From assembly GCA_964016885.1 (NCBI GenBank), contig OZ024740.1, forward strand, positions 62,806,001-62,870,000: DNA of 64,000 nt, written 5' to 3'. The stretch's first letter is position 1, and each line of letters opens with the position of its first letter. A model generated the notes under the pieces. It worked only from the letters and a program-made list of their open reading frames with translations, did not search any database and was not told where the DNA came from. Below are positions 26,756-39,000 of this stretch, one piece after another. The position numbers were made by a program, and so were the translations under genes. Origin of the DNA: Eledone cirrhosa. Lineage: Eukaryota.

Positions 26756-26811
26756 ACTGCCTGATGAGGTCATAGCCATTCAGTGGCTATCATCGAAATA
26801 TATATAGCAGT
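26756..26811 (+). ncRNA. Canonical minimal type I hammerhead ribozyme in an orphan pLTR-like segment (about 26460-26857)
   Basis: actgc-CTGATGA-ggtcatagcca(ttcag)tggctatcatc-GAAA-tatata-TA-gcagt; palindromic stem III. Confidence 0.85.
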
Positions 26812-26853
26812 AAATAAAGGATTATGAGTTCATGCAATTGACTTATGTTTCGT

Positions 26854-26898
<45 letters not shown>

Positions 26899-26906
<8 letters not shown>

Positions 26907-28091
26907 TTTTAATATAGATGAGATTCTACAGGACTAGAACTGTTTCATTCTTTAGAAATCATCAGGAATCTGGGTATCAAAAAATAAATATGGTATTTAT
27001 AGGTCTCTACAAGTGGTAGGAGAGGGTGGGGAGTGGGATGGGTGTAGGTCATTGGTTGATAGAAAAGGGAATTCATTAAAAGCTAATTCTACAAAGCTAT
27101 AGTTTATTTTTAATTTTTGTTTTTAGAGTAACAAAGGCAGACAGAATTCTATAAACAGGTTCCGGATGGCATACCATTCCTTGTCATTAAGTTTCTCTTA
27201 AGCTAACAGATGTCTATAAGATCAGTGGGGGGTCAGTCATGGTAGATAGAATTAAAGGAAAGGGAGATTCTTTAAAAGCTAAATTCATTAAGGTTCTACT
27301 AAGTGACAAAGGTTTAGAGAATTCTGTAGACAGATTCAAAATACTGAGTGCATATCTTACAATTATCTTCGAACTTCTCTTAAACTAATCAACTATATGC
27401 CAAAAATCAACAGACACATTCACATGGGGTTTTTTTATGTGTGTATATGTGTATGTGTATGTGTGTTTATGGTTGCGCGCGAGTGTGTGAGTGAGTGTGT
27501 TTTTTTGTGAATGTGTCTGTTGATTTTTGGCATATAGTTGATTAGTTTAAGAGAAGTTCGAAGATAATTGTAAGATATGCACTCAGTATTTTGAATCTGT
27601 CTACAGAATTCTCTAAACCTTTGTCACTTAGTAGAACCTTAATGAATTTAGCTTTTAAAGAATCTCCCTTTCCTTTAATTCTATCTACCATGACTGACCC
27701 CCCACTGATCTTATAGACATCTGTTAGCTTAAGAGAAACTTAATGACAAGGAATGGTATGCCATCCGGAACCTGTTTATAGAATTCTGTCTGCCTTTGTT
27801 ACTCTAAAAACAAAAATTAAAAATAAACTATAGCTTTGTAGAATTAGCTTTTAATGAATTCCCTTTTCTATCAACCAATGACCTACACCCATCCCACTCC
27901 CCACCCTCTCCTACCACTTGTAGAGACCTATAAATACCATATTTATTTTTTGATACCCAGATTCCTGATGATTTCTAAAGAATGAAACAGTTCTAGTCCT
28001 GTAGAATCTCATCTATATTAAAACTTTTATACTCTGCAATGTATTGAGTACCTTACTTACTGTGGTTACCTCCGATTCAACCCGGAATAAC

Positions 28092-28092
<1 letters not shown>
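26899..28092 (+). mobile_element. Non-coding PLE pLTR-type foldback: 526-bp inverted arms with an HHR in each arm
   Basis: 26899-27424 is the inverse of 27506-28031; unique tail to 28092; (TA)n on both sides. Confidence 0.82.
27959..28009 (+). ncRNA. Type I hammerhead ribozyme (inverse copy 26921-26971)
   Basis: agattc-CTGATGA-tttc(taaa)gaat-GAAA-cag(ttctagtc)ctg-TA-gaatct. Confidence 0.85.
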
Positions 28093-28140
<48 letters not shown>

Positions 28141-28146
<6 letters not shown>

Positions 28147-30628
28147 ATCAAAAGATGGTTAAAGGAGTTCCATGTATTTTATTATGCGCATTTCAAAAAC
28201 AAACATCATCATGCAATAATATTTGTGTTTTCATCAGATAAAAAGGGAGAACATGATATGAAGGCTAAAAAACACTTGTGGATAGTGCAGTTTTAAATCA
28301 ACATATGAAAAGTGGTTTTAGATTGATGTGTGATATTGGGAAAAATATTTTATTTAGAGAGGCGGGTGGGGGTGGAAAGGATGAAAAAGGGGAGGAGATG
28401 AGAGGGAGAGATGGGTGATAGAGAGAAAGAGATAGTTTTTATAACTGAGAGAAGATATATTGTTTTACATAGAGAGGTTGAAAACCGTTGGAAGATAATG
28501 TATAAATTAAAAGAATTTGAAAATTAACGAAGGGAAATATATGTACGAGGAAAAAATATTTTATTTAGGAAGGGGGGTGGAAAGGATGAAAAAAAGGGGG
28601 AGGAGATGAGAGTGAAGGTGGAGAGGGAGAGATGGGTGATAGAGAGAAAGAGATAGTTTTTATAACTGAGAAAAGATATATTGTTTTACATAGAAAGGTT
28701 GAGAACCGTTGGAAGATAATGTATAAATTAAAAGAATTTGAAAATTAACGAAGGGAAAAATATTTACGAGGAAGATAGAGAGAAAAAAATAATAATTGTG
28801 GATGAATATTCTAACGTCAAAAAGGTGTATGTTGATAAGTATTGTGGCAAAATCAAGAAACTTTTATTCCTATTATTCCTATTGCAAACAACTTCTCCAA
28901 TCCAATTCCTTCTATAGATAACACTAGGTCACTCATTAATAATCTCTCTAATTGCAACTACCGCATTAAAAATAAATGTCCTCTCAACAACCATTGTCTC
29001 GATAAAAACTTAATTTATGAATGTAAAGTTATAACTAGCACCAATTCCGTCACCTATTTTGGCTCCACTTCCACCTCTTTTAAAGCTCGTCTCTATAATC
29101 ACCATTCATCTTTCAAATACAAACTTAAAAGAACCAACACGGCTCTCTCAGAACTCATATGGTCCTTAAAAGACAAAAACATTAAATATCCCATCTTTTG
29201 GAAGAAGGTTTCTTCTGCATCCTCATACTTGAACAGCTCTCTATCTAAAATCTGTAATCTCTGCCTAAATGAAAAATTTACCATTATCTCTAATCTAGAT
29301 TCTATAATAAATAGACGTACAGATTTGTTTTCTATCTGCCTGCATAAATTCCATAGGACTTTTCACAAAGTATACAGTTAATATTCAATTCTTTATCAAT
29401 TTAGAATCTTTTCTCAAAAGCACATATACATACACCTCTTTAAAATATACCCATCTTCCTACCTTACTTCAAAGGGCATTATACACTCTATAATACTTGT
29501 TTACTCATTACCCTCTTTCTATCTTCACCTTGTAAAATCCTTCATAACATATACATTTGTTTTTTTGACGTTAGAATATTCATCCGCAATTATTATTATT
29601 TTTTCTCTCTATCATAAAACTTTTTAATCTCAATTTCATCCTTAATTTATTATTTTTTTCTCCCCATCAACGAACTCATTCTTAATACATATTAACTCTT
29701 TCTTCGCACATATCAATTCATTCAATATACAAACTTTAACTTCACATTATTTTTCTCAAATCCTTCTACACACAAACCTTAATCATTTTTTCTCTTCGTT
29801 AATTTTGAAATTGCCACAATACTTATCAACATACACCTTTTTGACGTTAGAATATTCATCCACAATTATTATTTTTTTCTCTCTATCTTCATACATAAAC
29901 TCCCTCTCTTTCCTCGTAAATATTTTTCCCTTCGTTAATTTTCAAATTCTTTTAATTTATACATTATCTTCCAACGGTTCTCAACCTCTCTATGTAAAAC
30001 AATATATCTTTTCTCAGTTATAAAAACTATCTCTTTCTCTCTATCACCCATCTCTCCCTCTCCACCTTCACTCTCATCTCCTCCCCCTTTTTTTCATCCT
30101 TTCCACCCCCCCTCCCTAAATAAAATATTTTTTCCTCGTACATATCTTTCCCTTCGTTAATTTTCAAATTCTTTTAATTTATACATTATCTTCCAACGGT
30201 TTTCAACCTCTCTATGTAAAACAATATATCTTCTCTCAGTTATAAAAACTATCTCTTTCTCTCTATCACCCATCTCTCCCTCTCATCTCCTCCTCTTTTT
30301 CATCCTTTCCACCCCCCCTCTCTAAATAAAATATTTTTCCCAATATCACACATCAATCTAAAACCACTTTTCATATGTTGATTTAAAACTGCACTATCCA
30401 CAAGTGTTTTTTAGTCTTCATATCATGTTCTCCTGTTTTATCTGATGAAAACACAAATATTATTGCATGATGATGTTTGTTTTTGAAATGCGCATAATAA
30501 AATACATGGAACTCCTTTAACCATCTTTTGATCTTATATTATGTATACTCCAGTCCTACAAACTGTAGAGTGCTTCTTATCCGATATCTGCATTGCTTTA
30601 TTGTACTACAATAAAACTCACCTCCTAC
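28141..30628 (+). mobile_element. Second Naiad-like PLE: EN-only 3' fragment with about 700-bp inverted pLTR duplication
   Basis: ORF 28842-29381: CNY..KCPLNNHCL..LIYECKV..YFGST..FKARLYNH..CNLCLNEK. 28141-28850 is the inverse of about 29810-30539. Confidence 0.88.
30436..30502 (+). ncRNA. Minimal type I hammerhead ribozyme (inverse copy 28177-28243)
   Basis: ttttat-CTGATGA-long stem II-GAAA-tgcgca-TA-ataaaa; palindromic stem III. Confidence 0.82.
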
Positions 30629-30680
<52 letters not shown>

Positions 30681-30738
30681 CAAATGATTCTATGGATATA
30701 CTTTATAGTATATATATATATATATATATACATATATA

Positions 30739-30868
30739 TGGGAAGATAGGAAAATGTTCAACCCCGTCGGCAGAGCTCTGCCGTCAGGGTTGAACATTTT
30801 CCTAATACCCATTCTAAGTCCCTAAGTATTGAGTACTCTGGTGCATTATGGTCCATCTGGTTCCTTAC

Positions 30869-30871
<3 letters not shown>
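30739..30871 (+). mobile_element. Half-hammerhead foldback family, copy 3
   Basis: Palindrome centred on cggcagagctctgccg plus the family tail. Confidence 0.7.
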
Positions 30872-30914
<43 letters not shown>

Positions 30915-31336
30915 AAAATGAAAGGTATAGAAAATATTGTAGCAAAAAGCCAACAGTATTCCATAATATATAAGTGACTATAGCGTCAAAATGGTAAACA
31001 TAATTAACGTAAGATGTGGGAAAAATAATTCAAACTCAACTCAAAAAGAATCAGGAGATAGATTCATCCAACAGAATTTAGTGAAATCCAGGGAAAAATC
31101 AATAGAGCCTTAACTCATGATAAAATAAAGTTTAAAATACTCATCCTTCAATTTGGGACAACTACAAATGCTCTGTATAGTCTTGAAGACTATTTCACGA
31201 AAACTTTCAGTGGAGATGGTCACGGTTGGAATTCGATCCTCAGCAGAGCTCAACTCGATAGCCAAATTTCTCACTGATTAATATGCCAAAAAGGGAATTA
31301 AAACCATATATATGTATATATATATATATATATATG

Positions 31337-32838
<1,502 letters not shown>

Positions 32839-33427
32839 AGGTGTGGTCAGGTGTAGAAAGTGGAGATGGAGGAGTATCGCTGATTGGAAGTAATATCAAT
32901 AAAATTACAGGTTTTTGCCTCGAATTTACATCTTTCTCAGGTGAGAATGTGGAGGAGAGAATAATTGAACGGAACAAGAGCTAGATATTGTTGTGGTCCT
33001 TTATTATAAAAATGTCACATATCTCCACGCCTTCTTTCATTTATTTTTATATGCGCACATATACACGTTCACATTGTCACGCACACATATACACATACAT
33101 AGACACACTGACACACACCTACACACATACGCTTATTTCCTTTCTTCAAAACATATTTACACTCTCACCTCTATTTTTACAGAATATCGCAATACATTTT
33201 TAACCATCAATATAATTATATATTTACATATCAATAGATATTTATAGGCTTCTGTATGAGTGCATCTAAATCTCTATTAATACCAGTACGAATACAAGTG
33301 CGTATATAATGCACTTGTACGTCTAGATTGGATTGGAGGACTATATTCATGTGTGTATATGTGTATGTATATGCAAATATATATGTGCCTGTGTGTCTAT
33401 GTGTATGCATGTTTATTTATGTGTAGT

Positions 33428-33623
33428 AGGGCGGTGGTTTGGCAGTATTGGTTGAACGTCAGACACCATGCTTTGCAGCATAGAGTTATGGCCCTTTGCG
33501 TTTTGAATTCAAAACCCACCGAGGTTAACTGTACCTTTCATCCTTACGGGGTCGATAAAATAAAGCACCAGCAATGTACTGGGGTAATTGCTGGCCTTGT
33601 GCCAAAAGTAGAAACATTATTAT
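33428..33623 (+). mobile_element. tRNA-derived SINE with (ATT)n tail; left border of the LINE cluster
   Basis: tggcagtattgg A box, SINE core, ccttgtgccaaaagtagaaacattattatt. Confidence 0.8.
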
Positions 33624-33624
33624 T

Positions 33625-34062
33625 CAAGACGTATCTTAGGCTTCTTGCTGTTCCCAGCAAGCATGCCTTTTGAAGTGTTCCAAAAAAGGGGGCTGGACTA
33701 ATGTTATTTAACCATCTTTGAAAACTCTTTGAAATAGTACCTAGTGTTCCTATGACAATCGGGATGACCTTAATCTCATTACAGTCCCAAATCCTTTTTA
33801 ATCCTCACTTTAAATCCTGGTATCTGTTAATTTTCTCCTCCTTTTCTTGCACTCTTGTTTCAAAGGGGCAGGCTACATCTACAATCAGGCTCGATCTGTT
33901 TTCCTTGTCAAAAACCACCAGGTCAGGCCTATGGTGTTCTAATTTCTTGTCTGTCTGCACGTTCACTTGATAATTTTCTATCAATGACTCTGGCTTATGC
34001 TCATACCACTTCTCAGAATGTGGTAAATTATATAGTTTGCATAAATCCCAGTGAATCACCTT
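33625..34062 (-). pseudogene. R4/Dong-like element (family A-related) 3' RLE fragment
   Basis: IHWDLCK..HRPDLVVFDK..IVDVACPFETRV..KINRYQDL. Confidence 0.85.
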
Positions 34063-34081
34063 ATTATTATTATTATTATTA

Positions 34082-35986
34082 CAGCTGCATTTATCTTGCT
34101 TTATGTCCATACGAGTTATCACCAAGTCACAACCAGTGACCTCAAGAGACAACAAGGTCCGCCATGTTCAAGAAAGAACATACATACTCACACATGCATC
34201 TTTAGGTGTTTAGACTTGTGATGTACTTATATTGACAGAATCTTCCTTAGTATATGGGCAGTTCCCATTAGTACTATCCTTTGTATTTCTCCTATACGCG
34301 GGTTTCCTGGGATTTGCGATAAGTAATCATTAGACCCCTTAGGTATCATTCCTAGAGCGCCTACAACCACTGGTATTGTTTTAGTTCTCAATTTCCACAT
34401 TTTTCCAATTTCTATCTCCAAGTCCTTATACTTGCTCAATTTTTCAAATGTTTTTATAGATACATTCTTGTCTATTGAAACGGACATATCAATTAGCAGG
34501 CATACCCTCTTTTTAAAGTCCTTCAGTATTATATCAGCTCTATTTGCATCTATTTTTCGGTCTGCTTGGATGCTAAAGTTCTACAAGATTGAGATGTGAT
34601 CTTTTTCAAGTATGGGAGGTGGTTGATGCTCCCACCAATTCTTTTGATGGGGCAGGTCAAAATGCTTACACATTATCCAATGTATGTATTGTGTAGCTCT
34701 GTCATGCCTGTTTAGGTATTCGGTCGGAGCTATAGGACAGCACATTGAAATTATATGGTCAATGGTCTCTGGTTGTTTTTTACATACACGGCATAATAGG
34801 CTGCATCCATTTTTTATTATGTTGGCTTGGTCATTTTTTGTTGGCAGACACTGATCTTGTGCTGATATAATCAGACCTTTAGTCTCCGATGTCAGTCCAG
34901 AGGATGCCAACCACTGATGGGTTAAAGTTTTGTTAACATCAGGATTGTTAGCTCGTTCTGGGTATTTTCCATACAGAGGCTCTTCTTGCCACTTCTTAGC
35001 CAGTTTCTGTAGCAGTTCTTTCTTTGCAGTTACTTTTACCTGCTTTGCTTTTTCTGTGTTTTCCATTTCAGCAGTAAATGGGACTTCTGAAATTTGTTGT
35101 TCATTACTGTATCTTTGTGCATCTTTTGTAATGGAGTATGATCTTTTGATGCTTTCGTGTTTCAAAACGAGTTTGATCATCCAATCATGTGATTTCCTTA
35201 GATATATAGATAATCCAATTGTTGCAGTTTTCAACACAATGTCTAACTGGATTAGCCCACGTCCTCCTTCTTTCCTAGGGAGATATATTCTATCTGTCTC
35301 TGCCTTAGGGTGATGCATTCTGTGCATGGTTAAGAATTTTCGAATTTTTGTATCGAGCCTACGGATCTCTGTGCTTGACCAGTTGATGACATTGTAACTG
35401 TAGGTTACTACAGGTATGGCAAGCGTGTTTATGGCATCGATCCTATTCCTTGTATTCAATTCCGTCCTTAAGATTGCTCTTACTCTGCGGTAACATTCCT
35501 TCCTTATCCTTTCCCTCATTGTCGAGTGCTTCATTCCGTCTCCTTTACAAACACCTAGATATTTGTAAGTTTCCTCTTGATCAAGTTCTCTTATCACATT
35601 CCCCCGATCAAGATTAATGTCTGAACTTTTCAGCAGCTTTCCTCTGGTGAACGTTGCTTTGGCGCATTTATCTAGTCCAAACTCCATTTTAATGTCATCA
35701 CTGAACTGCTCCACAGTGGATAATAGCCCTTGCAATTGTTCATCAATTTTCGCAAATAGTTTCAGGTCATCCATGTAGAACAAGTGATTAATGGTTTTGT
35801 CATAGACTTTATATCCATGTTTTGTTTCATTGGGCATTTTACTTAATGGTATAAGTGCGATGCAGAATAAAAGCGGTGATAAAGAGTCACCCTGAAAAAT
35901 TCCACAATTAATATTAACTTCCCCAGCTTCCAGTGATTTTGTTTCACTATTCAAAAGGAGTGTCGTTTTCCATGTCTTCATACTGA

Positions 35987-35987
<1 letters not shown>
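34082..35987 (-). mobile_element. R4/Dong-like non-LTR element family B, 5'-truncated, premature stop at 34581
   Basis: GIFQGDSLSP, HLFYMDDL, CRVC..ETIDHIISMC, RHD; (TAA)n flanks. Confidence 0.92.
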
Positions 35988-36019
<32 letters not shown>

Positions 36020-36030
36020 GTTATTGTTAT

Positions 36031-39000
36031 TCCTTGAATCTCAGTCATTGATGTTGGTTAACTGGAAAGTCCGTTGGATTGAATATCAAGCCACTACCTG
36101 CAGCCTCAGATATTCAGGACGTATCGGAGGGTTCTTGCCGTTCCAAGCAAGCATGCCTTTTGAAGCGTTCCAAAAAGCGTGAAGGGGCCGATTTTCTTTA
36201 ACCATCCCTGGAAACCTTTGGAGATAGTCCCCAGTGCGCCTATGACAATCGGGATCACTTTGACTTCATGGCAGTTCCAAATCCTTTTCACCTCCCACTT
36301 TAGGTCCTGGTATCGGTTAATTTTCTCCCTCTCCTTCTCTTGCACTCTCGTGTCGAACGGGCAGGCCACATCCACAATCAGGCACGATCTTTTTTCTTTG
36401 TCCACAACCACCAGGTCAGGTCTATTGTGTTCCAGTTTTTTGTCCGTCTGTATCCTAAAATCCCACAGCACCTTCACCTGACTGTTCTCCATCACCGCCT
36501 CTGGCCTATGCTCATACCATTTCTCAGAATGTGGTAGATTGTTTACTTTGCACAGGTGCCAGTGGATCACCCTGCCCATCACATCGTGTCTCCAGCCCTT
36601 ATAGTGGGTCTGGGCTAGGTGTTTACACTCGGACACAATGTGAGCCACAGTCTCCTCTCTCTCTCCACAGATCCTGCACAGTGGGCTAGCCTCCTCCTTG
36701 TAGATATGGTGCTTCAACCACTTCGTTTTGAGGGCCTGCTCCTGCGCAGCCATTAGCATTCCTTCTGTAGCCTTTTTGAGGTCTCCTCTTCTCAACCAGT
36801 TCCATGTCTGTGGATCTCTAAATTCAGTTTTCTCAAAGAAGGTACTATGAAGGGATTTTCCCTTAAGGCTGCTCTTCCTCCTTGATGTTATTTCCTCCTT
36901 GGATATCCCCTGGCCTACTGTCCCCTCCTTCAGTACAGCTCTGAGCATTGGCTCCTTACTATAGGTCACGTATTTGTATAGGTTGTTTTTCTCCATCTGA
37001 ACACAGTCCTCTATGCTGATAAGACCTCTTCCACCCTCAGATCTCCTTAGGTAGAGTCTATCGACATCACTCCTCTTGTGGAACATGTTGTAGATAGTCA
37101 ATAGCTTCCTAGTCTTCCTATCCATTTCTTTTTGTTCAGCAACATTCCATCTCAGAATTCCCGCACTGTACCTAATAATAGACACAGCTCGGGAATTTAC
37201 TGCGCTTATGGCATTTCTGCTGTTCAGATGTGACTTCAATACGCTCCTTACTCTCCGAATGTATTCAGTTCTTAACAATTCCTTCATTTTTTTGTTCTTT
37301 ATGCCATCAGCCTCCAGAACGCCCAAATACTTGTATCCATCCTCAGAGTCAATTTCCTTTATCATCTCACCTGTTGGTATCTGGATCCCGTTACTTCTGC
37401 TCAACCTACCCCTCCTCATCACAATGACTCCACATTTACCAATACCAAACTGCATACATATATCACTGCTGAAAATATGGACAGTGTCAACAAGCACATC
37501 CAACTCCTTCTCACTTTTCCCGAAGAGCTTAAGATCGTCCATGAAGAGGAGGTGATTGATGGTAAGCTCTCCCCTTCCCAACTTGTATCCTGCTCTCACT
37601 TTTCGCAGCATAATGGTCAAGGGCATCAGGGCAAGGACAAACAACAGAGGGGACAGGCTATCTCCCTGGAAGATACCTCTCTTGATCTTCACGCTTCCCA
37701 AGGATACTCCAGTTGATGTCAACTCTGTCTCACAGGACCCCATACTCCTGCCCAGCAACTGTCTGATGTTATCTGCCACCCTGAAGATCTCCAGGCTTTT
37801 GGTGATCCAGGAATGAGGCACCATGTCAAATGCCTTTCTGTAGTCTATCCATCCCATGGCAAGATCAGTGTGTCTCCTCCTGCAATTCCCCATTACCATC
37901 TTATCAATAAGCAACTGGTCCTTTGTACCACGTGACTTCTTTCGGCATCCTTTCTGTTCGTCCGGCAACAAGTTGTTTGTGTGGAGGTGATGGTAGATTT
38001 CCTCAGACACAATGCTCGTCAACAGTTTCCACATTACGGGCAGACATGTGATAGGTCTATAGTTGGTAACATCATTACCCTTGATTCGGTCTTTCATTAT
38101 CAGAACTGTGGTACCTTTTGTCAACCACTCTGGCACCTCACCCGACACCAAGCAGTCATTGAACATGGCCGTCAGCTTCGGGTGGAGGGATGTTAAATGT
38201 TTAATCCAATACCCCTGCACACCATCTGGGCCTGGTGATTTCCAGTTGGTTAGTTTTTTGGCTTGCCCCTTAAGAGTTTCAACTGTGATACTCAAATCAG
38301 TCTGTTGCTGTGCCTGGTCACCGATCTCCCTCTGTACTGTCTCAATCCACCCTGCCTGGGCATTGTGTCTAACATCCTGCTCCCATATTCCTCTCCAGAA
38401 TGTTTTAGCTTGTTCCGCCCCAGGGATCAAGTCGTTGCCTCTTTCTTTCCCCTCAAGCTGTCCAAACAGCATCTTCTGGTTGTTGTCGAACATGCGGTTC
38501 TGTTTATACTGACTGACTCTGTTCTCGTATCGCCTGATTTTGGCACTCTTTGCTACAATGCGTTGCTTCAATTCCTCTATGATAATATTTAGCTTTTTAC
38601 TCCTAGTTTTGTATTTTATTTCCAGTCTATTTTTAGTGCCTATGTTTTTTAGTGTCCCATTCAGTAGTGACTCAAGCTTTCCTATGTCATTTCTCATTTC
38701 CCCGATTTGCCCACTCAGTCGCTTCTTCCACCACGGCTCTGCTCTTTCTTGTCTGTTGTTTCCTCTCGCTTTTATACCAAGTAGTTTCCTCACCGTATTT
38801 GCTGTTGCTTTGAGGATATTGTTGCACTGGTGAAGACTCCTCGCCTCAAGGTATGGGATGACTTTGTTTACCTTAGCTGTTGTTTCTTTTAACTTTTTCC
38901 TGTCTACAAATCTTAGGTTCATAGGTCTCCCACTATCATTGTTCAACTCATCTACCACTAAATTTAGGATGTCAACCGAATCTTGTCCTAGCCCGTCAGC

